Assembly: GCA_047606565.1 (NCBI GenBank)
Contig: JASGEH010000069.1
Span: 23,188-87,187 of the forward strand
Reading direction: 5' to 3'
Source: Comamonas sp.
GTDB taxonomy: Bacteria > Pseudomonadota > Gammaproteobacteria > Burkholderiales > Burkholderiaceae_C
Length of the DNA: 64,000 bases
How positions within the stretch are numbered: the stretch's first letter is position 1; each line of letters starts with the position of its first letter. Positions 15,958-25,920 of the stretch are shown here, piece by piece. The translations under genes and the position numbers were made by a program. A model generated the notes under the pieces. It was not told the DNA's origin. It saw only the letters and a list, made by a program, of their open reading frames with translations, and searched no databases.

Positions 15958-16380
15958 TCAAAAACCGCCGTAGCGGATGCAGACGTACTCGTCGGACCAC
16001 CAAAGCAGCCCGTCGCCCTCGAACTGGATCAGCTCGCCCTGCAGGAAGGCCATCGGGTCGGCCAGGCGCTCGTCGGGCGTCCAGCCGCCCAGGGCGGCGA
16101 GGATCTGGCGGCGGATGGCGGGCAGGCCCTTCAAGGCGCCGCCGCCGGTGGCGTCGCCCAGTTCGTCGACCACGGTGATGACCGACACCGTCTGCAGCGT
16201 GCCGGCGCTGCAGCCCGCGCCCTCGATGCCGCTCACGTTCTTCTCGATGCCGGGCATGACGTAGACGGCGGGCGGACGAGCATGGCCGCGCATGGCGGCG
16301 TCCAGCTCGGCGGCGGCGCCGACGGCCATCACGTCCTGGACCTGGGCCTGCAGCCGGGCGACGATGGGAGAGACGTCCAT
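15958..16380 (-). CDS. Putative head-tail joining / neck protein
   Basis: 140 aa located between the DUF1320-like adaptor and the tail genes, as in Mu-like siphophages. Confidence 0.5.
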   Translation of the reverse strand: MDVSPIVARLQAQVQDVMAVGAAAELDAAMRGHARPPAVYVMPGIEKNVSGIEGAGCSAGTLQTVSVITVVDELGDATGGGALKGLPAIRRQILAALGGWTPDERLADPMAFLQGELIQFEGDGLLWWSDEYVCIRYGGF

Positions 16381-16392
16381 GGCGGGTCCGCT

Positions 16393-16929
16393 TCAGCGAA
16401 AGCCGCGCAGTTGGTCGCGGCCAAAGACGGGCCGCGCGCCCGCGAAGCGCACATCGGTCATGCCGGTGTTCTGCGACACAGCCGGGTCGTCGGCGCCCAG
16501 GCTCAGCTTGCCGCTGGCCATGAGCTGCAACATCTTCAGCGCGTCGCGGTAGTCGCGTGCGACCGGGTCCTTGGACTCGTCCGTCACGCGCGACTTGTTG
16601 AGCAGGTAGCGCGCGATGGCGCGGCACCAGGACGTGAGCAGCGACTTTCCGGTGCTCGTCGCCGGCAGTGTCAGCGGCAGCGTGTAGCCGCGCTGGGAGA
16701 GGAAACCGTCGATCACCGCGCCGGCCTCGGCCACGGCGTCGTCGATGCGCGCCAGGGCCGCATCGGCGGCCGCGACCTCGGCTACCGTCCAGGCGCTGCG
16801 GTCGGCGGCGCGCAGGGTGGCGTCCATCAGCGCGTCGTCGCGCACCGGCTGGGCCAGGGAGCCGGCCACCTGGGCCAGTTCCCGGGCGCCCGGGCGCTCG
16901 GCGAGTTCGGTGTGGGTGATGTAGGGCAT
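16393..16929 (-). CDS. DUF1320 (Mu gp36-like) head-tail adaptor
   Basis: The N-terminus MPYITHTELAERPGARELAQV… is typical of DUF1320. It lies immediately downstream of the major head gene. Confidence 0.7.
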   Translation of the reverse strand: MPYITHTELAERPGARELAQVAGSLAQPVRDDALMDATLRAADRSAWTVAEVAAADAALARIDDAVAEAGAVIDGFLSQRGYTLPLTLPATSTGKSLLTSWCRAIARYLLNKSRVTDESKDPVARDYRDALKMLQLMASGKLSLGADDPAVSQNTGMTDVRFAGARPVFGRDQLRGFR

Positions 16930-16951
16930 GGCGCGCGCGGCGGTCTAGCGA

Positions 16952-17860
16952 TCAGGCCAGCCAGGGGCTGACCAGCAGTTGCAGCCGGCCCTTGAGGCCG
17001 TTGCTCACGGTGGTGGTGCCGTCGCTCACAAGGTCGCTGTTGAGCAGCGTGGTGGCGGTCTTCTGCAGGTTGCTGGGCACCACCAGCAGGCTGGCGCGCA
17101 GGCCCAGCGGGCGGCCATGGTCGCCCTTGCGCGATTCCAGCGCCTCGATGGCGGCCCACAGGGTGTCGGCGGTCAGCGCCTTGGTGCTGGACTGCGCGAG
17201 CTGCCAGAAGCCGAAGCCGCCGTTGCCGCGCCGGTCGGTGCCGTACTTGAACTCGCCCTTGTCGAAGACGTTGTCATCGGTTTCCGAGTCCTTGGCCACG
17301 AAGTTGGGCTGCTTGCGGTCCTGGAAGATCAGCGGCTTGAGCGCGCGCGTGGTGTCCAGCACATACCAGGTGCCGCTGCCGCCCGCGCCGTCGTCGATGT
17401 TGGACTGCGTGGCAGGCCGGCCCTTGGCGTCGAGCACCGGATGGGCCGCGCTGAAGAACGGCACCTTGTCGTAGCCCTGGGCGGTGCGGCCGTTGGCGAG
17501 CAACTGGAAGATGAGCTGATCGGGGTGCGCGGCGACCGAGCGGCCCATTTCCTGGAACATCGGGGTGTAGACGCCGAACTGGTCGTCTTCGATGGCCGTG
17601 CGCGGCACCGCGATGGTCAGCTCGAAGGCCTTGTTCTTGATGGTGTAGTCGTGCTCGCTGATGCCGTGCACCACGCGGTCGCCCAGCCACTCGCGCATAT
17701 TGGGCAGTTGGCCCAGCCAGCCGTATTCCTCGCTGCCGGTGGTGCTGGGCACCACGGTGGCGATCTGCGCGTACTGGCTGGCGGCCTGGCCCAGGCCGGC
17801 CTTGAAGGCGGCGTTGAACGCCACATACAGCGTCTTGAGGTTGCCCCGGTTGATGATCAT
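16952..17860 (-). CDS. Mu gpT-like major head subunit
   Basis: Start at 17860 (MIINRGNLKTLYVAFNAAFKAG…), 302 aa. The N-terminus and the …EEYGWLGQLPNMREWLGDR… segment match my memory of the Mu-like major head subunit family. Confidence 0.85.
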   Translation of the reverse strand: MIINRGNLKTLYVAFNAAFKAGLGQAASQYAQIATVVPSTTGSEEYGWLGQLPNMREWLGDRVVHGISEHDYTIKNKAFELTIAVPRTAIEDDQFGVYTPMFQEMGRSVAAHPDQLIFQLLANGRTAQGYDKVPFFSAAHPVLDAKGRPATQSNIDDGAGGSGTWYVLDTTRALKPLIFQDRKQPNFVAKDSETDDNVFDKGEFKYGTDRRGNGGFGFWQLAQSSTKALTADTLWAAIEALESRKGDHGRPLGLRASLLVVPSNLQKTATTLLNSDLVSDGTTTVSNGLKGRLQLLVSPWLA

Positions 17861-17924
17861 GTCGGTTGCTCCGATTGAAAAAGAGTTGCGGTGGGCGGCG
17901 GATACGCGGTGGATGGGCGGCGGA

Positions 17925-18353
17925 TTACTCGCCGGCGGCCTCGGCGGCGGCCACGGTGACGCTGGCGCGGCCGATGTCGACCCACACCTCGCCGTCCTCG
18001 ATGTCGAGCACCAGGCCGGCGACGGCGGTGCCGGTCTTGCTGACGGTCTGGTCGTCGGCCACATAAGCCACGCCGCCGATGTCGGCGCGGGTCAGCTCGG
18101 CCGCGCCGGCTGCGTTGCCGAAGCGCCAGGCGCCCCGGTGGCCGTCGACGCGCTCGTCGCCATCGGCCTGCACGGCGCGGGCCTGGGCCACGGCGCGCAC
18201 GGTGTTGCCGTCGGCGGTGGCGGGCACGGCGTTGCCGTCGTCGTCCAGCGCGTAGAGCGCGCCGGCGTAGATCACGGCGCCGGTGGCCAGCGGGTCGGAA
18301 ACCTGGTCGCCTGCGCGGTAAGGCGTGCTGCGGTCAGTGGTCAAAGCGGTCAT
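17925..18353 (-). CDS. DUF2190-like head-associated (decoration/cement-like) protein
   Basis: 142 aa between the protease/scaffold and major head genes. The Gly/Ala/Asp-rich beta-type sequence is typical of that slot. Confidence 0.5.
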   Translation of the reverse strand: MTALTTDRSTPYRAGDQVSDPLATGAVIYAGALYALDDDGNAVPATADGNTVRAVAQARAVQADGDERVDGHRGAWRFGNAAGAAELTRADIGGVAYVADDQTVSKTGTAVAGLVLDIEDGEVWVDIGRASVTVAAAEAAGE

Positions 18354-18390
18354 GGGTCAGCCTTTCGGGTGGGGTTGCGGGTGCCTGCCT

Positions 18391-19581
18391 TCAGGCCTTG
18401 CCGGCGGCGAACTGCGCGGGCGTGAGGCCGCAGGCGGCGGCCACGGCCAGCTCGTCGGGCGTCAGGCCGTTGGCGTCCTTGGTTTGCACGGGTGCGCGGC
18501 CGCCGGTCTGGCTGCCGGTCAGTGCGGCAATGGGCTGGGCGGTGGCCAGGTAGCTGGAGAGCGCGGCGATGTTGGATTGGCCCAGGTCGCGCGCCCAGAC
18601 TTCCTGGGCGGGCAGCAGGCGGCCGTCGGCCAGGGCGGGCGCCACCAGGTCGTCGATGTCGCGCTGCTGTTGCTTGGCCGTCAGCGTGGCGACGTTGGTT
18701 TGCAGGTCTTGCACCACGCTGATGGGCACGTACTGGGCCGGGTCGGGCGTGGTGGCCGTGGTGGCCGCTGTGGCCGCAGCGGCGGTGCGCAGCGCGCTGC
18801 AGGCGGCGGTGACCGCTTCGGCCGTGGCGTCGTCGGCCAGGCCCAGGGCCTTGGGCGCGGCATCGGCGCGGGCCTTGAGCGCCGGCAGCGGACCCAGCGC
18901 CGTCAGCGCGGCCGTGGCGGCTTCTTCGGGGGTGGACTCGGGCAGGCCGAGCGAGGCCAGCAAGGCCTTGAGCAGAGGATTCACGGAGGGCTCCTGGTGG
19001 TGCGGTTGATGGTTCTGTTGGTGGATGGGGAGGTAAGCGGTGGCGGCGGCCAGCGTCAGCGGGTCCATGCCGTGGATGGCGGGGTCGTTGGTGAATGCAC
19101 CCATGAGCACGTCCAGCACCGTGCCGTCGGCCCGGCTGTACTGGAAGACCGGCGAGAAGTAGAGGATTTCGTCGGCGGCGATGTGCTCGCGGGCGCGGGC
19201 CGTGAGTTCGGCCACGGCATACAGGCCCTTGCCTTCGATCCAGCGCAAGTCCTGCATCCAGGCGGCGGCCAGCGCGGGCCGGCCGTTCTTTTCCTTGTGC
19301 AGGGTCTGGTGCTCGTAGTCGATGACGGTGCGCTTCTTGCGCGCCTTGAAGCGCTCGATCACGCGCTGCGCGCTGGCCGCGTCGATGCGCCAGGCCGGCA
19401 CGTCCATCGGGCGGCCGTCGCTGGGGCCGAATTCGCCGGCCGGGGTGACCTGCAGCAGGATGCGGCCGCTGTCGCCATCAGGCTCGGCACCGGCCAGCGC
19501 GAAGGCGCAGGCGGCAACCGCCACCGAGGAGGTGGCGGCCGCAGTCAGAACGGCGATGGCGGTGTGGGTGGAACGAGGCAT
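18391..19581 (-). CDS. Mu gpI-like head maturation protease / scaffold
   Basis: 396 aa. The N-terminal half (…ILLQVTPAGEFGPSDGRPMDVPAWRIDAASAQRVIERF…IDYEHQT…) matches the Mu I protein family. The C-terminal half is Ala-rich and scaffold-like. Confidence 0.8.
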   Translation of the reverse strand: MPRSTHTAIAVLTAAATSSVAVAACAFALAGAEPDGDSGRILLQVTPAGEFGPSDGRPMDVPAWRIDAASAQRVIERFKARKKRTVIDYEHQTLHKEKNGRPALAAAWMQDLRWIEGKGLYAVAELTARAREHIAADEILYFSPVFQYSRADGTVLDVLMGAFTNDPAIHGMDPLTLAAATAYLPIHQQNHQPHHQEPSVNPLLKALLASLGLPESTPEEAATAALTALGPLPALKARADAAPKALGLADDATAEAVTAACSALRTAAAATAATTATTPDPAQYVPISVVQDLQTNVATLTAKQQQRDIDDLVAPALADGRLLPAQEVWARDLGQSNIAALSSYLATAQPIAALTGSQTGGRAPVQTKDANGLTPDELAVAAACGLTPAQFAAGKA

Positions 19582-19649
19582 GCCGCCATGGTCGGCGGCG
19601 GCGGATGGACCGTCTTGTGAACGGCTTCAGTGATTGCGTGGTGTTTGCT

Positions 19650-20222
19650 TCAGCCGCGCAGGCTGCGCAGCCAGTCGATGGCGCGCTGCTGGATGGCCTG
19701 GCGGTCGGCGGCCGACAGCCCCAGGAAAGGCCGGGCTGGAACCGTCACGGTGTGGGCGCCGACGGTGGCCGTCTTGGTCAGGTTGGCGGCCTTCTTCTTG
19801 ACGAACAGCCGGCCCACCACGCCCTTGGCATTCTTGCGGAAGTAGAGCTGGACCGAGCGTTCCTTGCGCTCGATCTCACCGCCCAATTGGTGGATGCGAG
19901 CGTACACCCGATTGCTGCCCACCCGCACCGCGTCGTCGCCATCGGGCTGCCAGCGCATTTGACCGCGCAGGTAGCCGCGCAGCGTGAGCACCTTGTCCTT
20001 GTTGTACTTCTTGCGCTTGGCGTAACGGCGTGACAGCGGCGCCCAGGCCTGGCCGTCCGGGCCGGTCTGGCTGCTGAAGCGATCCTTGGTGCTGGGCAGC
20101 AGGATGGCCTCGCCGATCTGGCCCATGAGCGGGCGCGGGCTGGCCAGCGCTGCGTCCAGCCGGTCGAGCCCGGCTGCGGCCGCGCTGACGTCGAGGTCCA
20201 CCTTGATGCTTGCTCCAGCCAT
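19650..20222 (-). CDS. Phage virion morphogenesis protein (Mu gpG-like)
   Basis: 190 aa. …PLMGQIGEAILLPSTKDRFSSQTGPDGQAWAPLS…TLRGYLRGQ… is typical of the virion morphogenesis family. It sits between the F-like and I-like genes. Confidence 0.8.
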   Translation of the reverse strand: MAGASIKVDLDVSAAAAGLDRLDAALASPRPLMGQIGEAILLPSTKDRFSSQTGPDGQAWAPLSRRYAKRKKYNKDKVLTLRGYLRGQMRWQPDGDDAVRVGSNRVYARIHQLGGEIERKERSVQLYFRKNAKGVVGRLFVKKKAANLTKTATVGAHTVTVPARPFLGLSAADRQAIQQRAIDWLRSLRG

Positions 20223-20324
20223 GTCAGCCCCCTAAAATCGCGTCATCCATCGGATGGGCAGCCCCTGCCAGGGCGTCCGATCCCACATCCGGGTGGCCCG
20301 CATGTGGCAGCGTGCGGGCCTTTC

Positions 20325-21581
20325 TCATGCCTGATCGTCCTCGCGCTGGTACAGCCGCACGCCCAGGCGCAGGCTCTCCAGGTAGTCGCCGGTGGCGGGC
20401 TGGAATGCCGTCACGCCCGTCCAGCCGTCCGCGCCCACCTCGAACACCACCAGTGCCGGCACGTCCTCGCCTTCGACCGGGAAACGCGCGACGTAGCGAC
20501 GTCGAACAACTGCCTTCTTCAGGGCATACATCCATTCCAGCCGCACCCAGATTTCATCGGGCTGCAGCAGCGCCTGCGCCAGCAGCGGCAGGAGCTGCTC
20601 GCGCCCGTTCTTGAGCACCTTCCAATCGCCCTGGGTGTCGGTGAACAATTCCTTGCCCACCACCAGCCGCTCGCCGATGACATCCCGCACGATGGCCGGC
20701 TGATCCCGCGTGGCGCCCAGCGGCTGCAGGAAGCTGTCGACATAGGTCTCGGGCGCCAGGCCCTGGGGCAACACCGCGTTGGCGGGCGCTGGGCGCGCCG
20801 GCGGCAGCGGATCGGCCGGGCGCGTGTTGGGCAGGCCGTGCCCATGCACGCTGCCCGCGCCGCCGGGGCGGATGCCGTCCGGTCGCTCGGGGGGAATGGC
20901 GCCGCGCAGCCGCGCCGCGCCGGGCGCGTACTCGAAGCCCGGGTCGATGCCGACCGGCACGCGCACCGTGCGCGGCCCATTGGACGAGCGCTGGCCGATG
21001 ACCTGGTCGACCCAGGTGACCGTGGGCGTCGGGTCCGGCCCCGTCTTGCCCAGACGCGCCAGGTCCTCGGGCCACAGGCCACGCATTTCGCAATGACAAC
21101 CCCAGCCGTTCGGCGGGAAATGGATACGCAGCCATGGGTTTCCACGCTCCAGAACCAGCCCATTCCAGGCCTGGTGCAGCGGGCGCGGGTGTTCCACCCA
21201 GTCCTGGTGCACGTACTGCCAGTACGGCGCGTCCTGCAGTTGCTCCCAGCGGCCGGCGGCGTAGCTGGTCGAGAGGTTGGTGTCGTAGATCACCCGGCTG
21301 CGCCAGTCGCGCCCGCCGTTGTAGTCCCAGCCGTGGGTGGCGACGATGCGGTCGAAGTCACGGCGGAAGGTCTCCAGCGTGGTGCCATCGACAATGGCCT
21401 TGTCCACCGCCGCGCGGAAGTCCGTCACGATGGCATCGCGGTTGGCCCCGGCCACGACGAATGCCCAGTCGTGCTCCTGCAGGTAGATGTCGGTCCAGCT
21501 GACCGTCGGCAGGTTGACCTTGCGCCGGAAAAACTCGGCCTGTTCGCGGAACGGCAGCGAGGCGTAAGACGCATCAGCCAT
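20325..21581 (-). CDS. Mu gpF-like minor head protein
   Basis: 418 aa. The N-terminal …LPFREQAEFFRRKVNLPT… and …NGWGCHCEM… motifs resemble the Phage_Mu_F family. It directly follows the portal gene. Confidence 0.8.
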   Translation of the reverse strand: MADASYASLPFREQAEFFRRKVNLPTVSWTDIYLQEHDWAFVVAGANRDAIVTDFRAAVDKAIVDGTTLETFRRDFDRIVATHGWDYNGGRDWRSRVIYDTNLSTSYAAGRWEQLQDAPYWQYVHQDWVEHPRPLHQAWNGLVLERGNPWLRIHFPPNGWGCHCEMRGLWPEDLARLGKTGPDPTPTVTWVDQVIGQRSSNGPRTVRVPVGIDPGFEYAPGAARLRGAIPPERPDGIRPGGAGSVHGHGLPNTRPADPLPPARPAPANAVLPQGLAPETYVDSFLQPLGATRDQPAIVRDVIGERLVVGKELFTDTQGDWKVLKNGREQLLPLLAQALLQPDEIWVRLEWMYALKKAVVRRRYVARFPVEGEDVPALVVFEVGADGWTGVTAFQPATGDYLESLRLGVRLYQREDDQA

Positions 21582-21685
21582 GCAGCCCCCCGGGAACCCT
21601 TTTACGGCCTTTTACGAGGCCGGGACAAACGCCGGGATGGGCGCGGGTAGCCCGTGGCTCGAAAAATCGCTTAAAACGCCGCATT

Positions 21686-23350
21686 TCAGGTCCCCGCATT
21701 TCCAGCCTCGCGCAGCACCTCATGCCGCCCGGCCAGTTCGGCCGCGCGCAGGGCCTCGGCCATGGCGGCGGCGTACTGGTCCAGCGTCATGCCGGGCAGC
21801 AGTTGCTCCAGGCCGTCGCGGATCTGCGCCAGCGAGTCGGCTTGCTCGACCAGCGCGCGGATCTGCTCGACCCAGGTGCCCACCGGCGCGCGCAGGTCGG
21901 CGGCCAGGCGCGTGGCCATCAGCTCGGGCGGCGTGAGCTGCGCGGCCGGGCGCTGGCCGGCGGCGGCTGCCCAGCCCAGGTTAGCCAGGCTGCCCAGGTA
22001 GCGCCCGGCCGTGGCGGCGGCGGCCTGCGCGGCGGCGTCCACGGGTGGCACGGCAGGTACAGACGACACAGGCGCGGGCGCGGGCGCGCCCAGCACCGCC
22101 TCGCCCTCCTGCGCCTGCGGGATGCCCAGCTTCTCGTGCGCCCACTGCACGGTCGGCTTGATGCCGATGGCCACCAGCTTGGGCAGCGCGTCGGCATAGG
22201 CGGCCAGGTCCTCGGGCTCCTCGGCATGGAGGCGGAACAGCGGCGCGCGGCGGATGCCTCCCGGCGCCAGGCCGTTGAGTGCGGCAATCGCATAGACCAG
22301 GTCGCGCGTCAGCGTGGTGTTGACTTGCCGCACGTCGGAATCGCGCAAGTCCTTGCGCACCTCGTTGTGCACATTGCCCAGCGCGTTGGTGCTGCTCTTG
22401 CCGTCGGCTCCGCTGGTCAGCGTGCCGCCCAGGATGACCTTGGACTGGTTCTTCTCGCACCAGTCCATCATCAACTGGAATGCGGCCGGATCGCCTGCTG
22501 CCGCGTTGTGGAATTCCAGCAGCATGCCCTCGGGCACGATGCCGGCGGCGTTGTGGCCGATGCCTTGCAGCGCGCGCAGCAGCGTGGCCTTCTCTTTCTC
22601 GGTGGCGCTGGGTGGGTACTTGCCCAGGCGCAGCGGAATGCCGTAGATCTCCAGGAACTCGGCCAGGTCGCCCACGCTGTAGTTCTTGAACAGGTAGGTC
22701 CACACCAGCTGCCGGAACAGCGCGCTGCGTTCCAGGTAGCCGCTCTTGGCCTTGTGCACGTGGGTGATCCAGCCGAAGGGCAGCAGCGGCTCGCCCAGCA
22801 CGCCGTTCGCGTCGGTGGTGTTGCTGCGCAGGCGCAGCTCCTGCCGGTAGCCGCGGTGCAGGCGGAACCAGCTCTGCGGCCGGTGCGTGATGGACTTGGG
22901 TAGCCACCAGCCGTCCAGCCGGTGCCACTCGATCTCCAGGCAGGCAAAGCCCTTGCCGATGCCGTCGGTCACGTCGAACAGCATGTCCTCGAAGTCGGGC
23001 ACGTCGGTCATCAGCTCGCCGAGCTGCTCGGCCGCGCGCTTCTCCTGCGCGCTGGCATTGACGGGCGGCACGATCTCCCAGTCCAGCAGCAGCGCGCGGC
23101 GGCGCTTGCCCATCTCGCTGGCGATGTGGCCGTCCTTTTCTTCCATGTCCTCGAACAGCTCGAACTGGCTGACCAGGTCGCCGTTCTCGGCCGCGTCGAG
23201 GATGGCCGCCAGCCGGCTGGGCGTGAGGCCGCGCGTGGGGTGGCTCTGCAGCTCGCGCTGCAGGTGGCCCAGGCGCGCGGTCTGCGGCTCGGCCAAGTCG
23301 GCGGTGCGGATGGGCTGGCCGTCGGGGCCGAGGATGCGGGAGGTTGCCAT
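21686..23350 (-). CDS. Portal protein (DUF935 / Mu gp29-like)
   Basis: 554 aa downstream of the large terminase gene. …LTPSRLAAILDAAENGDLVSQFELFEDMEEKDGHI… is typical of DUF935 portals. Confidence 0.85.
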   Translation of the reverse strand: MATSRILGPDGQPIRTADLAEPQTARLGHLQRELQSHPTRGLTPSRLAAILDAAENGDLVSQFELFEDMEEKDGHIASEMGKRRRALLLDWEIVPPVNASAQEKRAAEQLGELMTDVPDFEDMLFDVTDGIGKGFACLEIEWHRLDGWWLPKSITHRPQSWFRLHRGYRQELRLRSNTTDANGVLGEPLLPFGWITHVHKAKSGYLERSALFRQLVWTYLFKNYSVGDLAEFLEIYGIPLRLGKYPPSATEKEKATLLRALQGIGHNAAGIVPEGMLLEFHNAAAGDPAAFQLMMDWCEKNQSKVILGGTLTSGADGKSSTNALGNVHNEVRKDLRDSDVRQVNTTLTRDLVYAIAALNGLAPGGIRRAPLFRLHAEEPEDLAAYADALPKLVAIGIKPTVQWAHEKLGIPQAQEGEAVLGAPAPAPVSSVPAVPPVDAAAQAAAATAGRYLGSLANLGWAAAAGQRPAAQLTPPELMATRLAADLRAPVGTWVEQIRALVEQADSLAQIRDGLEQLLPGMTLDQYAAAMAEALRAAELAGRHEVLREAGNAGT

Positions 23351-23358
23351 GGGTACTC

Positions 23359-24738
23359 CTACCAGCCTTGCGGCTCGGGCAGGTGGATGTCTGCTGCCAG
23401 GCCGTCGAAGCTGTCGACCAGGCGAGCGCTGGAAATGTTGTCGAAGCCGCGCGGATGCGCGGGCACGGGCACGTAGTCGATGACCCTCTCGCCGCCGGCC
23501 GCCGCGTGCTGCGCCAGGAAGTTGGCCCAGGTGCGGTCGGCGTGGCCATTGCTGTCGCTGTCGGCCACGAAGCGCGGCGTGCCGGTGGCGCCGGTCACCT
23601 TCTTGAGCTTGTGCAGGTCGGCGCGCAAGTCATTGCGGCCTTCCGGGATGCGCACGCGCCGGTCCTCGAAGCCTTCCTTGCCGCGCGTGGCCAGCTCCAG
23701 CTTGGCCGCGCCAGTAAAGAGGATGCCCTGCACGCGGCTGCTGCCGTGGCGGCGCTGGGCGTCTTCCACGGGTTTCTCGCCCATGCCGGTCTGGTCCATG
23801 CAGGCGCGGATCACGTTGTAGCGGCGGAACACGTCGTCGAGCAGCATGTCCTGCTCGGCGAAGGTGATGCGGCGGCGCTCGACGATCTCGCGCGTCCACA
23901 GCACGTCGCCCACCTTCTCGAACACCCAGATCACGAACAAGTCGTTGCGCGCGGCGATGTCCACGCCGATGAAGCACGGGCCGCCCTGGTAATGCTCGGG
24001 CAGGCCCGCCGCCTCGTGCTCGCAGGCCGTGATCAGCTCGAAAGGCAGCCAGGCGCTGGCCTCGTCGAGCCACTGCAACTCGAACTCCTGCGCCCACAGG
24101 TCGGGGTCGCCCGCGCCGCGCTTGAGCTCCTCGATGTCGCGCGGCAGGCCATCGGCCACGGCCTGGTAGATGTCGGTGGTGTGGCGGCTCCAGCCGTCAT
24201 CCTTGCCCGTCATCAGGTCATAGAACTTGTTGCTCTTGCCGTTGGGCGTGGAGATGACGCGCAGTTTCAGACCCGGCTTGGAGATGACCGGGAACAGCGC
24301 CTTCCAGATGGCACGGCTGTCCTGGTGGAAGGCGAATTCGTCGAGCAGCACATTGGCGGAAAAACCCCGTGCCGTGTCCGGGTTGGCGGGCAAGGCGGTG
24401 ATCTTGCTGCCGCCGGGCAGTTCCACCTCCAGCGCCTTGATGCCGGCCTCCCACTCGTAGTCGTAGGCCTTGAAGCCCGCCGACAGCGCGGCCAGGTGCA
24501 GCTTGACGCCTTCGTTCATGGCCTCGCGCGCCTGGCGCTCGCCACGGCTGAGGATGACCCAGCGGCGGCGCTGGCCCTGGGCCTCGGCCAGGGCGCAGTC
24601 CAGCGCCAGCTCCAGCGTGCTGGTGAAGGTCTTGCCGCACTGGCGCGCGAACATGGCGATCTTGAAGCGGCTGTCGTCCTGCACCCAGCGGCGCTGGTAG
24701 GCGTAAAGCGGCAGGGCTGCTTGGGGTGGCATGGTCAT
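23359..24738 (-). CDS. Terminase large subunit (Mu gp28-like)
   Basis: 459 aa with a Walker-A-like ARQCGKT motif near the N-terminus. It lies between the DUF3486 and portal genes. Confidence 0.85.
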   Translation of the reverse strand: MTMPPQAALPLYAYQRRWVQDDSRFKIAMFARQCGKTFTSTLELALDCALAEAQGQRRRWVILSRGERQAREAMNEGVKLHLAALSAGFKAYDYEWEAGIKALEVELPGGSKITALPANPDTARGFSANVLLDEFAFHQDSRAIWKALFPVISKPGLKLRVISTPNGKSNKFYDLMTGKDDGWSRHTTDIYQAVADGLPRDIEELKRGAGDPDLWAQEFELQWLDEASAWLPFELITACEHEAAGLPEHYQGGPCFIGVDIAARNDLFVIWVFEKVGDVLWTREIVERRRITFAEQDMLLDDVFRRYNVIRACMDQTGMGEKPVEDAQRRHGSSRVQGILFTGAAKLELATRGKEGFEDRRVRIPEGRNDLRADLHKLKKVTGATGTPRFVADSDSNGHADRTWANFLAQHAAAGGERVIDYVPVPAHPRGFDNISSARLVDSFDGLAADIHLPEPQGW

Positions 24739-25298
24739 ACGCCCATCCCGTAGGCCGCCTGGATGACCTTCTTGAGCGTGGCCGGATCGACCTCGCCGGA
24801 TTTGCCCAGGGCGTCGAGCTTGTTGCGCTGCTCGGCCAGCAGTTCCTCGCGTGCGGCCTGGCGGATGGCCAGGCGCTCGTGCCGGTCGACCTTGCGCGCC
24901 TGGATCACATCCTTGGCGGCGCGGGCGAGCTTGCGCACGGACTCGATGTCCACGTCTTCCTCGCCTGCGGCCATGAGCGAGGCGTGGGTGGTGAGCGTGG
25001 TGATGGACTGCACCATCAGCGCGCCGGCCTTGTCGTCCGGGTTCTCGCCCAGCTCTTCCACCAGCACGCTGGCCATGGCCTGCTGCTCGCGGATGCGGCC
25101 GGCCATTTCGTTCAAGCTCTTGCTGTAGCGGCCCACGCTGCTGCGGCTGGGCAGCTCGCCCTGGGCGGCGTGGGCGGGGAAATGCGTGTGCAGGTCCGCG
25201 ATCAGCTCGTCGAGCGTGAGGCGGCCTTCGCGCAGGCGCTTCTGGATGTGGGTCTTGACCTCGGGCTGCAGGCGGTCGATGCGGGACTTGCCGGCCAT
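24735..25298 (-). CDS. DUF3486 protein (putative terminase small subunit, Mu gp27-like)
   Basis: 187 aa with a 4-nt overlap on the large terminase gene. The N-terminus MAGKSRIDRLQPEVKTHIQKRLREGR… is typical of DUF3486. Confidence 0.7.
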   Translation of the reverse strand: MAGKSRIDRLQPEVKTHIQKRLREGRLTLDELIADLHTHFPAHAAQGELPSRSSVGRYSKSLNEMAGRIREQQAMASVLVEELGENPDDKAGALMVQSITTLTTHASLMAAGEEDVDIESVRKLARAAKDVIQARKVDRHERLAIRQAAREELLAEQRNKLDALGKSGEVDPATLKKVIQAAYGMGV

Positions 25299-25301
25299 GG
25301 G

Positions 25302-25607
25302 TCAGGCTCCTGGGCGCTTGACGCCGTCGACCACCGCGCGGCCGGTGGCCACATCCTGCCCGCGCTCGGCCAGGCGGGCGATGAGCACGCTGCCGTCGCC
25401 AATGGACTCCACCTCGACCAGGCCTTGCTCGGCCAGCCAGCGCAGCTCGGTCTTGACCTGGTCGCGCGTGGGTTCGTGCCCCCAGGCCGCCAGCGCGGTG
25501 TAGAGCACCGAGCTGTTGGCTCGGTAGCCGGGCATTTCGTGCAGCAGCCGCAACAGCAGCAGGCGGCGGTCTTCGCTGAGGACTTTGGCGTAGGTCTTGG
25601 CAGTCAT
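25302..25607 (-). CDS. Small winged-helix-like phage protein (101 aa)
   Basis: Start at 25607 (MTAKTYAKVLSEDRRLLLLRLLHEMPGYRAN…). This slot upstream of the terminase genes is conserved in Mu-like phages. Confidence 0.55.
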   Translation of the reverse strand: MTAKTYAKVLSEDRRLLLLRLLHEMPGYRANSSVLYTALAAWGHEPTRDQVKTELRWLAEQGLVEVESIGDGSVLIARLAERGQDVATGRAVVDGVKRPGA

Positions 25608-25614
25608 GGCCGGG

Positions 25615-25920
25615 TCACTTGTTGTTGAGCAGGTGGTTCTCGACACGGTTGATCGCGTGGCGCAGGGGCTCGATGCGCTCGGAGAGCGCGCCGACCGAGC
25701 CGGCCAGGCGCTCGACGTTGACGACCAGCTCGTGCAGCTGCTGCTGGCTGGGCACCTGGCGCAGGTCGGCCTCCAGCTTGGTCACGCGGGTGCGCAGGTC
25801 CAGCAGCTCCTGCGCGCTGGCCGACTGGCGGCCGATCACCCAGGCATAGATGCCGAGGGCTGCCATCACCAGCCAGCGCACCGTCTCGAAGTCGAAAATC
25901 ATCTGGGAGAAGGAAGTCAT
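25615..25920 (-). CDS. DUF2730-like membrane/coiled-coil protein
   Basis: Start at 25920 (MTSFSQMIFDFETVRWLVMAALGIYAWVIG…). It has one TM segment followed by a coiled coil. Confidence 0.6.
   Translation of the reverse strand: MTSFSQMIFDFETVRWLVMAALGIYAWVIGRQSASAQELLDLRTRVTKLEADLRQVPSQQQLHELVVNVERLAGSVGALSERIEPLRHAINRVENHLLNNK

Noticed and set aside
19582-20324. Possible anti-CRISPR/anti-defence insertion at the slot used in Pseudomonas Mu-like phages, around the virion-morphogenesis (G-like) gene upstream of the protease/scaffold gene.
   Set aside because: The spacers are only 68 bp (19582-19649) and 102 bp (20223-20324). They contain no credible small ORF, only a GC-rich hairpin (GGCCCGCA…TGCGGGCC) and the ribosome-binding site of the G-like gene.
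21582-21685. Direct repeat GTAAAAGG(C/G) x2 and an AT-richer spacer between the portal and F-like genes, considered as a late promoter or activator site.
   Set aside because: There are only two short copies and no recognisable -10/-35 hexamers or dyad. I cannot distinguish this from chance without transcript mapping.
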